NCBI GenBank assembly: GCA_000388065.2
Contig: KB932204.1
Source of the DNA: Fonticula alba ATCC 38817
Lineage: Eukaryota; Protista; Nucleariida
DNA length: 64,000 nucleotides
Strand: one strand, 5' to 3'
This document shows positions 35,770-48,196 of the stretch, one piece after another (the first letter of the stretch is position 1; the number at the start of each line of letters is the position of its first letter). Made by a program: the position numbers and the translations under genes. A model generated the notes under the pieces. The model was not told the origin of the DNA. It made no database searches and worked only from the letters and a program-made list of their open reading frames with translations.

Positions 35770-37863
35770 CCTATGGCCAGATGAACAGGGGGAGGGAGGA
35801 AAGAACGGGGGAGGCGGGGTGGCAGATGGGGGGGGGGGGGGGGGAGGGGGGGGAGGGATGGAGAACGAGCAAAGGAGTGGGGGAGAGGGAGGGAGGGAAA
35901 AAGACAGAGGGAGAGAAGGAGAGCAGAGGAGAAAGGGGGCTGGAGAGCGCGAGCCAGCACCCCCACCCCCCGGGTGGCTCCTTTTGCTTTTTATTCCTCC
36001 TCAGGGCGTCGCATACAATCCGCCGTAGTAACTCCGGCCAAGGTTCCTTGAGACCAGACAAGCCGCCTCGGGCTGGGGCGGTGTGCTGCCCGAGCACACA
36101 ACGAGCAAAGAAAGGTGGCCGAGGGGGGGGGGCCAGCGGGCGAGGGCCGGGACGAGGGAGAGTGGAAATGCCGAGATCAAAATAAACCCGCCGTGATCTC
36201 AAGGTCCTCACGTGCCCTCCCGGCATGCGGGCGGGCCTACTTGCGTGATGTGCATCGACGAAGGTGCTCAAACCGGTCAGCGCAGCATGACCCCGACCTG
36301 GGACGGCAGACGCACGAGGCCAGGACAGGGGGGGCGTGCCTTGCCACGGCTTCGGACCCGGGCGTGAGTTGCAGACGAGCTTTCCCGAGGGAGTCCGGTT
36401 TACTCGTCACCCAGGCCACACCGCTGGGGGGGGGGGGGGGGGACGCTCACTTGTGAAGGCTTGATGGGGGAAGAGGTCGAGGGACGCGGTGGAGTCGGGC
36501 TCTTGCTCCAGCGAACACCTGAGGGGCCTCGAAAAATGGATGCAACAGTTGTGCACGGCTCATCGAGGTGAGGGCCCGTTCAGGGGGGGCTGGCTGATCC
36601 TCCCTTTCGACCGGAGCAGGCACCCAAAGATACCGCCGAGCTGGTTCTCACGTTGGCTCGGGAGGCGGGGGAGGGGGGGGGGGGGGGGGACGGCGCAGGT
36701 GGAGTGTCGCGACGGGGCGGACGTAGTTGACTTCCTTTGCGCTTGGTGGCAAATTGGTGCTCTTGCGCTTGGCAGGGGAGGGAAGGCGGGCCAGACGGGG
36801 GCGGGCGGGGCGGCAACATCGGTGTAGTGCGACAAGCGTCCAGGTGGTGAAGAGCTGCAATTGGGACACGGGGGGGAGCCGGTCGTTCGGGGCACGCAGA
36901 CTCTCCTCCGCCGGCGTCGGAGGCCCCCTAGGCCAGGTGAGGTGATCGCGGCGAAGAGTATGCCATAGGGAGAACATTGCGCGGCTGCAGTTCGGCCGGA
37001 GTCAGGGCGTGGCCGCCAAGCGGGCGGGGGGGGGGGGCGGGGGGAGAAAAAAGGGCCGCAGGCCGGAGGCTCGGAAGAGAGCGCCCGGGTATTAAACAGT
37101 GCGCTTGCCCCCGCGGAGTCATCCCGGGGTGCCACACCGCGCCGAGGAGGGACTCTGACGAGGCGCCCCGGGGCTCCCCACACCATGGGTGTTGGTTCCC
37201 GTGTAGGCAGTTGCCAGCCGAGAGAGGGCGCGGGAGAGGGCGGGTGGCCAGAGCCAGCGCAGAGCGTAACTTACATAAACACAACTAACAGATATTGGTG
37301 GGATTTTTTTTGTCGCAACGGGCGTGAATTCTGCGTGATCTGTATGTCCGCTTGTCCGGGGCGGGACCGGTCGGAGGCCATGGAGGGATTCAGTGCATGA
37401 GCGCGAGGGCGGGCGCCGGAGCCGGCCAGGGGCGGCACCCCGGCCGGGCGGGGGGAGCCGCAGGTGCCCGCCTCGGGCCCCCAGCTTCCAGCCCCCGGTC
37501 CCCCTGTTTTTTTTTTCCACCGCAGCTCGGGGTTGAATCGTCCTCGGGAATTCCCCATGACAGGGGTACCGGCCGCGGACGAGCTCCCCCGGCCGAGGGG
37601 CGGGGATGGGGGCGGCCGGGCCCGGGGCGCGGGAATGTGTTCGCGCGCGCCTTTGCCCCCGCGAGCGCGCGCACGCCTCTCAAGCTGCCCGGCGTGGCAG
37701 GTGTGTGAACTTCGGTCAGTCGCGGCTTCTGCCTGCGACCCCGACCTCGGCACCGGGTTGCTGGTGTGGCCGAGTGGCGCGCGCAAGCCCGCTTTGCCCC
37801 CTCGGCAGACGCTGTCGCACGTTCACCCATCGCCGGCCGGGGAGCCCTTTCCCCCCCCCCCCC

Positions 37864-38039
37864 NNNNNNNNNNNNNNNNNNNNNNNNNNNNNNNNNNNNN
37901 NNNNNNNNNNNNNNNNNNNNNNNNNNNNNNNNNNNNNNNNNNNNNNNNNNNNNNNNNNNNNNNNNNNNNNNNNNNNNNNNNNNNNNNNNNNNNNNNNNNN
38001 NNNNNNNNNNNNNNNNNNNNNNNNNNNNNNNNNNNNNNN
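37864..38039. other. Assembly gap (N run)
   Basis: Run of N flanked by poly-C. Confidence 1.
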
Positions 38040-39108
38040 CCCCGGGGGGGAGGGCCGGGCCAGTGGTGTAGACGGACGAGACACTCCAGGCTGATCGCCC
38101 TTGGCCAGCTGGCGCCGGGGGCCGGACCGGGGGAGGCTCCCCTCGAGCATGGGAGCAGCAGCGTTGTCCCTGAGCCGACAGATCGAAGAGGCACCCTACC
38201 AGGTGCCCATGACCAGGGGCTCATTTCTGTACCCATCTCCTCCCCCCTGCCCCTCTTGCCCCCCCCCCCGCCCTCCTTTCGCGTCCCTGTTGCCTCCCCT
38301 GAGTTTGTCAGACCGATCGCCTGTGTCTGCCCATCCCCCTCCTTCGGACTCGTCTGTTCGTGACGACTTTCACTGGTCTTCTCTCCGCCGCCTCTCCTCT
38401 CTTGACGGCTCACTCTCCCCCATAGCCTCCCCCCCCATCCCCGCCCCGCCAGAACTCGTCTTCTGCATGGCATCTTGGCCCGATTTCCCCGTCACGCCAT
38501 AGCCCTCCCCCTCCGCCGTACCTTGCCTTGATCCGTCCCGACGCATTCTGGACCTGATCTGGCTCGCCCGTTCTCCCGGCTGCAACTGAGAGTACCCCCC
38601 CACCGGGTGCTCCTCCCCCCCCTCCCCTCGCTGCCAGCCGCCCGCTCGATCACACTCCTCGCTTGACGCCCATCTCCACGAGCGGAGCCGCTTCCGGAAG
38701 TCGTTACTGCGCCCAGCCTCCTGCCCGGTGCCCGGCCCTTCGCTTCCCCCTCCCCTCCGAAGCCCCGAGCCCCTTCCCCACCCCCCGGCCATAGCCTCCT
38801 CATCTATGCCGTCTTCGCACCTCTGTCTCAGTACCTACACCCCCATCAGCAACCCCGTCTGCAGCAGCTGCCCTCGGGACCTCCCCCCGTCACAGCAGTC
38901 CTCCATCTACTTGTGTGGATCTGGCACCTTCGACAAGAGGCATCGCCAATCAATATTTTCGCGGCCCCCTACCTGTCTGCGGTGTTAAGCTACCCTACCG
39001 CTTCTCTTCGCGACTGGGTTCCCTCTGCCCTCTCTCGCGTCTCTCCTCCTCCTCCTCCTCCTCCTCCTCCTGCTCCGGCCCTTCCCCCTCCACCACCCCC
39101 TGCACACC

Positions 39109-41681
39109 ATGAAGTATCTCGAGTTTGATTCCCTCGATCGAGTCAATGCCGACTTTGCTGGACGCCTCGACCTCGGTGGCGAAGCTCGCGTCACCTGTAA
39201 GATCGAAGCCTACAGCTGTGCGTGGCTTGCCCCTGCTCGTTTGGCCCTTTCCACTTGCTCGTTCTTCCCAGCGGATGCTGACCCCCCCCTCTGTCCCCCC
39301 CGTCTTTCCTGCTTCTCCTCCCAGGTAAAGCCGCTACGCAGGACAAAAGATTGTACAGAAGTCTAGAGTCAAGGTATAATCATGAAGCCACAGCCGTTGC
39401 TGCGGCGGCGGCGGCCGCTGCTGCCGCGTCGGCCACCCTCCCCGAGGGTGCTGAGCCGATTCCCATCGAGAACATCTCCCCGCTTGTGGGCGCTGCCTTC
39501 ATCCAGAGTGGCTCCGCCGCCGAGGGATCCCCGGTTCTCAGCTTCTCTGAGGCACCAGCCTCGGGTGCTAATCCAATTGAGGATGGCGAGCTGTCGTGGG
39601 AGATGCGCGACCGCGCGGCTTGGGCTGCGGCCACCGCGGCTTTGTCCACCTCCACCGCCTTTGGGCCCTTGAGCCACCCGGACGGCCGGAAGATGCTTCA
39701 TCGCCTGATTCTGGTTTTAAATGCTGCATACCCGGACTATGACTTCAGGTGCGTCTGCCCTTGGATTGTTTGTTTGTTTCTCTGCCCGATTCCCTTTGTT
39801 CTTGTCTTTCGCGAACCCCACCACGTGCATACATCCACGCATACATACGCCCTTCTTTGTCAAGCCGCGTCTGTGGGCACATCCACATGTTGGCTCAATG
39901 ATTAACCCTTCCGGTTCCTCTGCCCCTTCCCTCCCGTTCTCCCACACTCCCGTTCTCCACCCAATCAGTGGGGTTCGCCCTGATCAGTTCACCAAGTTGG
40001 ATGACCTGGAGCGGGTGCTCAACTCCCTGCAAATGGCCATCTCGCCGGAATCCTCCTTCTCCATTAGCTCCATCCTGCCGAATCTATCCCCCCCTGCCAG
40101 TGCAGCGGGCCAGGGAACCCTGTCTTTTGGCGGAAGCCAGGGCGCCGCCATGTCTGGAAATGGACTTTCCAGTGGGCCTCTCGTCTCACCGACCGGGGCC
40201 TCGACAGGCAGCAATGGAGCCTCGGATGGCGGTCGCTCCCTCGCCTCGTCAATCCCGATTGTCACGTCTACCAACAACCTGACCCCCTTCGGTGGCCACA
40301 GCCTGTTGGTGGTAACCCCGGGCACTCCGCCGGAGATCCCCCTCTCCGATGCGAGCCCATTCACTCGACTCTGTCTTGCATTGGATGAGGCCATCGGCCT
40401 GTCGGACTCGTGCGTTTCGGCCTCCTCGGGGCCTCCTCGGGGCCTCCTGATCCTTCCGCCTGGTTTGTTGCCCGTTTTACTGTGTTGTGCTAACCTCCTC
40501 GGACGGCATTTCCCATGCGCGTGCTTCTCCCTACTTCCTCCCACCACACTTAAAGGGAGATCTTCCTGTTCACGCCGGACCCCGATTCCGACCCATTGAG
40601 TGATCTGCAGCATGTCACCACCTGGTCTTATCACTACTTCTTCTACAGCAAGAAGAAGAAGCGTGTGGTATACTTGTCGGCCTTCTCGGAAAGGTACACA
40701 AGCCATCCCTCCCCCCCCCCTCCCCCCCGCTATCCTCCGCTATCCTCGGCCAAAATGCTTTTCCTCCTTTTGAGCGCCGCGACTAACACCATCCCCCACC
40801 CCGTCCTCCTCCCGTTACTATGTTCCTGTGTGTGTCTCTCCCTCTCTCTCTGCACCCTCTTCTTCAGCCTGTTGGTCAAGTCGGCCCCGCGTGACGTTGA
40901 TCTTGGTGATTCGGACCTGGATGTCGACTTTGACATGGATGAGGATGATTTCCCCACCTACTCCTCGGCCGATCACAGCTCCCAGGGCCTGCCCCACCAT
41001 CACCACCATCACCACCACTCGGACCGCGATCATGGGAGCGGCAATGGCGGCTCGGCCCCAGGCGGATTCCGATATGCGCCAAATGGCCGGGGAAGTGGAA
41101 GTTACGGCTCCGGCAGCGGTACTGGCCAAGCTGGCGTGTCTGCCTTTGGGTCCTACTCAGGAAATGCCAGCGGCGCCGCTGCTACTGGCGGTGGCCACAT
41201 GCACTCATTTTCCTTCTCCTCGCATTCGCTTCCGAGCGACATGCCTCCGCTGCTCCCGTCAATGCAGCCCGATCGCAATGGGGCGCTCTGGCGCGGAACC
41301 GAGGATGCCGGCATGACTGGCCATCACTCAAGTCAACAGCAGCAGCAGCAGCAGCACCACCACCACCGTCCTCGCTCGGGCACGGTGTTCGGCTTTTCCT
41401 CCACTGGGCCGCTTGTCCACAATGGTGGCAGTGGCGGGGACACACGTCTCTGCACTGGTGCCCCGCCCTCACCACCACCCGTTTCCCTGCCACCAGGCGG
41501 GAGGAAGCCACGAAGCAGTAGTTTCGGTCGACCTACTGGCCGTGCGGCCGTCGGCAAGTCCACTGCGCGCCTTAACAATGGCGCGCCGACGGCGGGCTTC
41601 AGCGCCGGTGCCGGCCGTGATCGGTCCAGTCCGGCTCCCTGCGATGACCCGATGTCTGCCGCACTTGTTCCCTCCCGCTGA
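39109..41681 (+). CDS. MAF1: Repressor of RNA polymerase III transcription MAF1 (spliced)
   Basis: Box A MKYLEFDSLDRVN..KIEAYSCK..DKRLYRSL. Box B FGPLSHPDGRKMLHRLILVLNAAYPDYDFS..VRPDQF. Box C LDEAIGLSDSEIFLFTPDPDSDP..WSYHYFFYSKKKKRVVYL. Acidic/His-rich tail. Confidence 0.93.
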
Positions 41682-41721
41682 GAGGAGTAACACCCAGGTG
41701 TTTACAGCCACCCACCAGTTT

Positions 41722-41723
<2 letters not shown>

Positions 41724-41760
<37 letters not shown>
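41724..41760. repeat. (GT)n microsatellite downstream of MAF1
   Basis: Uninterrupted GT run. Confidence 0.95.
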
Positions 41761-41763
<3 letters not shown>

Positions 41764-42441
41764 ATGGCACATGTGTCTGTCATTTTAAATGGCCAAAGAT
41801 ATACTGCCATGTGGTCTCCCTCCCCCTTTCCCTCCCCCCCCCCTCTCTTCCCCCTTCTGGCTATTCGTGTGTGCTGATGTTTAGCCGCGCGCCTGGGACC
41901 ATTTCCGAACCTGCGATACGGGCCCGCCCAGCTGGTGTGTATAGATCGCCATTTCTCTCGTCTCCTCATTGAGAGGAGGAGGGGGTTTATTTGAAAAAGT
42001 GCAAAATGGAAGCGTTTCCTCGAGAAAATGAAATACACAAAAGCCTTTCGGTCCACAGCCCTTGGGTTTTTTCCTTGCTCTCCTTCACAAGAGGAGTGCA
42101 CTCGCTTCTCTGGTGTCAGGAAATTTTTTGTATTAGTTTTTTTTCGGGGGGTGGGGTGGGCCCCAAGGGGAGTCGGCGCGGCCGAGGAATAATGTACAAC
42201 ATGGTGTGACCATCGTAGGGGTGTCCTCCTCTCTTGCTTATCCTACACATGGGCTGTGTCTCATGTTGTGCCGACACTTCATGCAGCATGATGGTTCTCC
42301 TGTCGGGGTGTCTCTGGGCGGGAGGGAAGGAGGGGCAGAGGGCGGTGCTGCATTTCGACACAGCAAGCGGCGCGGATGAAGAGGAAGGATGGAGTAAGGG
42401 GAGAGGAGGGACCGGCAGTCTGCAGTGAAGCATACCACCCC

Positions 42442-42981
42442 TCATCCGAAGGCAAGCTCGAAAGCGATCCACACAACATTCAGAATGATGAGAGGGACTG
42501 GGCCCGGAGAGTGATTGGGTGGGTCGGAGAGCCGGCCGGTGAGCGCGAAGCAGGGGGAATTGTGACAGCATGGAGAGCAAGGGCGACAGAGCAGGAGGGA
42601 AGAGGGGGGGGGGTAGGACATGACGAACACTTGAGCAGGGTCTGCACCGAGGCAATCAAACGGATGATCTGCAGTTTCAGTGGGCCCGGCGACTTGGTGT
42701 CCTGACTGTTCAGGCCAAAGGCATCGTCCCCGGCGGTGAGATTCGGACCGGCGCCAACCTGAACTGACCGTGTGCCCCACCCAACTATGGCAACCGGAGG
42801 GGAGGGGGTTGTCAATGGCCGGAGTGTGAGTCAATATGCTGGGGCTGCCATTCGATGCTACAAGTGACACCTGGCAGCCACTGAACGCACTGCGAGCAAG
42901 GAAGCGATCCTCATTTAGCACGGCCACTGCGTTGACAAACAGCAGACACGCCTTGAACAAGTGTCCCAACGAGAAGCCCAT
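42442..42981 (-). CDS. YOS1: Yos1/IER3IP1 small ER-Golgi membrane protein (3 exons)
   Basis: MGFSLGHLFKACLLFVNAVAVLNEDRFLAR | IGW..KLQIIRLIASVQTLLK | ..LIILNVVWIAFELAFG* matches the Yos1/IER3IP1 pattern (LNE.RFL..IGW; P(L)I.LN....ELL.G). Confidence 0.92.
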   Translation of the reverse strand: MGFSLGHLFKACLLFVNAVAVLNEDRFLARSAFSGCQVSLVASNGSPSILTHTPAIDNPLPSGCHSWVGHTVSSGWRRSESHRRGRCLWPEQSGHQVAGPTETADHPFDCLGADPAQVFVMSYPPPSSLLLCRPCSPCCHNSPCFALTGRLSDPPNHSPGPVPLIILNVVWIAFELAFG

Positions 42982-43353
42982 GGAGACGAGATGCGACTAC
43001 CGGTTCGCGGTGGCTCGGGAGTGCAACAGCCAGACTGTCAAGGAGGAGGAAGGGGAGGAGGAGGAGGAGGAGGAGGAAGGGGAGGAGGAGAAGGAGGGGA
43101 CAAGATGATGTTCCTGGTTAATTGCTGGAGCATCGCGGGGCAGATATGCCAGTGAACACTACGGGCTGCCAGTTGGACATCAGTCAGCTGGCGTTGATGG
43201 AGTTGAGAAGAGCCGACGCACGAAACAAAGGGCAGGAGAGAGGAAAAGAAGGAGGCCGGAGTTTCTGCTTCTGACAGACAGGAGGGAGATGTCCACAGGC
43301 GAGATGTGCAGGTGTGTGCGTGTGTGCTTTGAGGAGGGGCAGCACACAGCTGG

Positions 43354-43406
43354 NNNNNNNNNNNNNNNNNNNNNNNNNNNNNNNNNNNNNNNNNNNNNNN
43401 NNNNNG
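43354..43406. other. Assembly gap (N run)
   Basis: Run of N followed by poly-G. Confidence 1.
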
Positions 43407-44237
43407 GGGGGGGGGGAGGGGGGGTGAAAGAGGAGAAGAGGGGAGGGATGCTGGCACCGGCATCGGAGGGATGCGTCTGCCAGGCGGGGGGCCCTTGGGC
43501 TCTGCAACATTGGTGGAGAATCCACGTGAAATGCACCCGCCGTGTGGACGAGGAGGGGGGAGGGAGCAGGATGAAAACTCCCTTGCCAAAACGAGTATAA
43601 TTACCCTCCAGCGGCCCATCCCCTCCTTCCCCTGTATTCAGCCGCCAGTGCCCGATTCGTGCCCCCCCCCCCCCCCCTGCACACAAAGATCGGCTAGAGA
43701 GCGAAGCCCCCCGTATGCAGCCGCGTGCCTGTCCAGTCCCCCTCTTACTTTTCGCCTGGAGCAAGGGGTGTAGCCCCACCACTTGCTCGCCTTGAGGCCA
43801 TGGGCTCGCGGCGAAGAAGACTGTCTTACACTGACACACACACACACACACACGCACACACAGAAAAAGGCGAAGGTAGGGAGTTCGGCATCCAGGAAGA
43901 CAGGCCAAAACGAGCCGAGAGCTTCGCGTGATCGATGGCAGAGCGTGTCACATGAAATATGTCACCTTCGCAGGCAGCTGTGGAAGTGCCGGCGGATATG
44001 CGGCGATGTACATTGGCAGATCTATATTTCGGGCAGCGCAGGATGCGGAGGGACGGAGGTGGTGTGAGGAAGAAAGAGAGGCAACAAAGACCACTGCCGG
44101 TCCAGCCAGGCATCCTTGCCTTCCATGCCAAGGGGCAGTGCGCCAGGGAGGCTCTCGAGGGAGACCGGGGTCGGGGGAGCACAGCCAGGAAAGGGGAAAG
44201 GGGAGATAGCAGTGAGCGGGAGGGGAGAGGCGGTGTC

Positions 44238-45144
44238 TCACCGCTTGGCGGCAGAGCGCTTGCCCTTGCGGGCACCACCGCGGGCTGAGCCGGGACCCTT
44301 GCCACCCTTGCCGGCCCCGGCAGGGGGAGCCTTCTGGCTCATGCGGTTGCCACGCTTACCAGTGTTCTTGGGGTGAATGCCGAGGCGCTGGGCCGCATCG
44401 GCACTGACGCCACGGACACTGGCGAAAGGCATGCGCGGAGCGGCCACCGACTCAGAGTCACTGCCAGCCTCGACCGAGGTCGGGCGGCGCGCGTTGCGAG
44501 CGGCCGGCATAGCACCGCGGGCGAAGGTGGCACCACGTGTAGCCTGCGCGGCCGCGGTGCCAGCAACGGCCGCAGCCGCCATGGCACCCGTCGCACGCAT
44601 ATGCATGTGATGCTCTTCCGAATCGAAGTCGGAGTCAGTCAACCACGGATCGTCCTTGTCACGCTTGCCACTGACGCCATCCTCCACACCATCCTCCGTG
44701 AGGCCAAGGAGATGGGCAGTTTCGCGCTCGGCCCGAGTCAGGGGCATGGTGTCGAAGAAGGCCTCGATCTCGCGCTGGCGGCGCTCGGCAGGGCTTTCCT
44801 CGGTGTCCGACCCGTCCGCCACATGGTCAGAGTCGACGTCACCCTTGGCCAGGGAGGCTTCAAGCTTGCCAAGGTCGACCCCGGTATCGCGTTGGAACTG
44901 AGCGAGCATGGAATCCAGCGACTCATCCCCATCATCAGACACCTCGATGTCCGAGTCGTCGGAGAAGGTCAGCACAATTCGATTACCCCCGGACTTGGCC
45001 CGGTCCTTGGCCGCATTGCCGAGAATTTCCTGCAGATCATAGGTACCGGAGACTGGCTGCTCCGGGTCAAGTAGGTGGTCCACCTGGGCATAGCGATCAC
45101 CCAAGTTGGCAGCATTGTTTTTGGATGCGCCACCGGTTGTGGCC

Positions 45145-45177
<33 letters not shown>

Positions 45178-47666
45178 AGCGAGCCCGTTCTGGCGGCGCC
45201 AAGCTGCTGGAGAAGGCCACGGTCACTCGTTGGCTCATAGGGGACCACTGGAATGTCGGACACCTCGCGCGACTTGGCCGAGATGTTTCGAACATGGTCG
45301 CCCGGCTTCTGGCCGCTGAGCTTCTTCTTGTAGCGCTCGATGGTGTCGGCGTTCTCCTCGGGCGTCCAGCCGAGCGGCTGATTCTTGCGGATGGCGTCCT
45401 GTTTTGCCGCCCCCCCCCCCACAGTAAGAGAAGGATGGCGAGGGAATGATTAGCCACGGGACAGGGTAGGAGAGGGGAAGAGGAGGGAAAGAGAGAAGAG
45501 CCCAGGGATAGGGGCAAAGCAGGAAGGAAGCGACAAAGGAGGGCGCGAAGGGGGGGGGGGGGCGGCGGGAAGAAGAGACAATGCCTCATACCTGGATGGC
45601 CTGTGCCAGGGCTCGATCCTTGCGACCGATGAAGGAGGTCACTCGGCCGGTGCGCCCAGCGCGACCGGTACGCCCGGCCCGGTGGATGAAGTCCACCCCG
45701 CTGGCCGGGAAATCATAGAGAACCACATGGGTGGCGGCAAGGGTGTCGAGACCGCGCGAGGCGATGTCCGTGCACACCATGCCAGCCACCTCGCCGCGGG
45801 CGAAGGAGTCGACTCGCCGGGCGCGCTCCTCCAGCAGAAGGTCACCATGGACCTCGGCAAAGGGAAGCTTCCGGTCGTTGATCAGGAAGTGGGACAGGGC
45901 ATTGCACCCCTTGAGGGTGTTACAGAAGATGAGGAACCGATCGTCCGGATGCTGCTTCAGCAGGCCCAGCAGCTGGTCGTGTTTGGAGCTCCCATGTCCG
46001 GTGATCGGGACAAAGGAGTAGTGCAGCCGCGGGAGGGACTTGTGCAGGGTGTCCGTGGTGACGTGTTCCACCTCATCGCCCTTGGGTGCATTGGCGGGAC
46101 TGGCGCTCGTCGAGTTGGAGGCGGTCGCATTCTTGGTCTTGGCCGCCTTGGCAGGCTCGGGTTTGGTGTCGCCGGGCTTGGGCCCGGTGAGCGAGCGATT
46201 GGTGGTGAAGTGCTTGCGAATCAGTTCGTCAACATGCTTCGGCAGGGTGGCCGTGACGGCGATGAACTGGAACGGCCGGGGGGTGGTCTTGCGATGCTGG
46301 ATGCCGCGCATGTGAGAATGTCAATGGCCGAGCTACACCGATGGAGGAAGGGGGAGGCATCGCAGTGGGGACGCACGCGAACGGACAGGAGGATGGAATT
46401 GAGATCCTCCTCGAATCCCTGGGAAAAAAGGGAATCCGCTTCGTCGAGGATGACAAAGCGAATGTCCGCGAAGGAGAGGAGCCCTGCAGAATGGGAAAGA
46501 CGGGGGAAGCAATGTCAGCCGGCGGGTAAGTAGCACAGCAAGGAGAAGTAGCCGAGTGAAAAAGGATGAAGCCAGGAGGAGGAACGACGCACCGCGCTTC
46601 CGGTAGTCCAGCAACTTTGCCGGAGTTGACACGATGATGTCAACAGGACGCGAATTGAGTGACCGCCGGTGGTTGGCGATCGGCTGGCCGGCCAGCCCGG
46701 TGACCGTGAGTCGCGCATGGAGGGACAGTTCCTTGGCCACTTTCTGTTCGAGCCGGTGCGCGTCCATGCATCTTGCGGGGTCAGTGGGAGGATCATGCCC
46801 AGTGCGCCACGATTGCTGCCGGCACTGTGGAGCAAGGGAGAGAGGGAAGAAAGAAAAAAAAACATGTCCAAACGTACGGTGACCTGGAGGACAAGTTCGC
46901 GACTGGGAACCAAAATGACCGCGCGGGGGCGACCCTTCAGACGAAGATCAGGCAGGGTGACCAGCGGCGAGTTTAGCAGCGCCGCATGCTCCTCAGTCAG
47001 CTGCGTGGGATCCAGCTCGTCCAGATCGAGAGGCCCAGCGGCGTCACCATGGAGCTCCCGGCGCAGGGCATCAACACCACGCTGGTAAAGCTCCTCCTCA
47101 TTGCGAAGCTGCTGGAAGATGGGCAGCAGATAGGACAGGGTCTTGCCGCTGCCTGCGTTGAGCAAGGTCAGAGGGAGGGAGGGAGAGAGAGCAGGGGGAG
47201 GAGAAGGGGGGAAGCGGGGGGACGCACCGGTTTCGGCGGCGACAATCAGGTGCTTTTGCGGTTGGATCTGGAGCGTATGCTCGGGAGAGAGGTTCATGCC
47301 CTTGGCAAGTACATCGAGCAAGGAAAGCTGCGAAGCGCCGCCGGTCGATGTTTCCGCGGATTTGTCGCTGTCGACATCGTCGGAGGAGGTGGCCGCGGGA
47401 GAGGCAGCCAGCACCGGGAGGTAGGGCTCACTGGCGAGGATCGAGGGGATTGCGGAGCGCTGAACCGGCAGCGGGGGCGCTCGGTCGCTGATTCCAACGC
47501 CCTTGTACAGGCCGTCCAGGATCTCCGGACGAAGGCCCATCGAGTGGAAGTGCCGGGAAACTCCGGACATGATGGCCGCAGCGGCGGCGGGGCGGGCTGA
47601 AAGAAGAGCCGTCCGGCCGGCCGCCAGCCGCGGCGCGGTGGCCAGTGTCCGAACAAGTCGGAACAT
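44238..47666 (-). CDS. Mitochondrial DEAD-box RNA helicase, MRH4/DDX28-like, with a long C-terminal extension (spliced)
   Basis: Presequence-like [19 protein letters not shown] motif PVQRSAIP, motif I AETG|SGKT, Ia PSRELVLQ, Ib [50 protein letters not shown]. The MRH4/DDX28 subfamily is inferred from the targeting peptide and overall layout. Confidence 0.8.
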
Positions 47667-48196
47667 TCCGGGGGAGGATGGAAGAGGGAGGGGGGGGGGG
47701 CGGAGCGCACAGGAAAAGGGGGATAAGGGGGGGGGGGAAGGGCAGGGTGGAAGGGGGAGGGGGGGAGGAGAGCGGGGCGCGATGATCACTTTTTTGTCGT
47801 GGGGACTTGGCCCCGGGCCCACTAAAGCAACCTCTCCAGGGTGTAGATTCCATCCGGGAGCCGAGGCAACGCGGATCGGCGTCAGCCGGCAACACGGCAT
47901 GTGAGCCCGTGGCACGTGGCATCAGTGATCGGGTCGCGCCCCCTTTTCCCGGGCCCCAAATGCCACCGCACCCACTGATCGATTTCGGCCGTCGTTGTGC
48001 GTGCGTGGATGCGTGGATGCGTGCGTGCGTGCGTGCGTGCGTGGACGCGTGCGTGCGTGTGCGTGTCCGGTGTGTCTGGGACCACAGCCAAATCAGTGCA
48101 GTCTTATCCAGCACACTGTTCCCGGAGCTGGTGGTATTTGCTGGCGGGTCGGGACGCATGGTGGCGGTGGCGTGTCTATTTTCTTCGTCAAATGCC

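Noticed and set aside
43920-44060. AT-richer stretch with short ORFs on both strands downstream of the helicase
   Set aside because: There are no protein motifs or ncRNA signatures, and it fits a 3' UTR or the YOS1 upstream region.
2026-47666. Functional gene cluster idea (POP1 + tRNAs + MAF1, or mS29 + MRH4-like helicase)
   Set aside because: The genes are 10-35 kb apart, separated by unrelated housekeeping genes and in mixed orientation. Chance co-location in a compact genome is enough to explain it.
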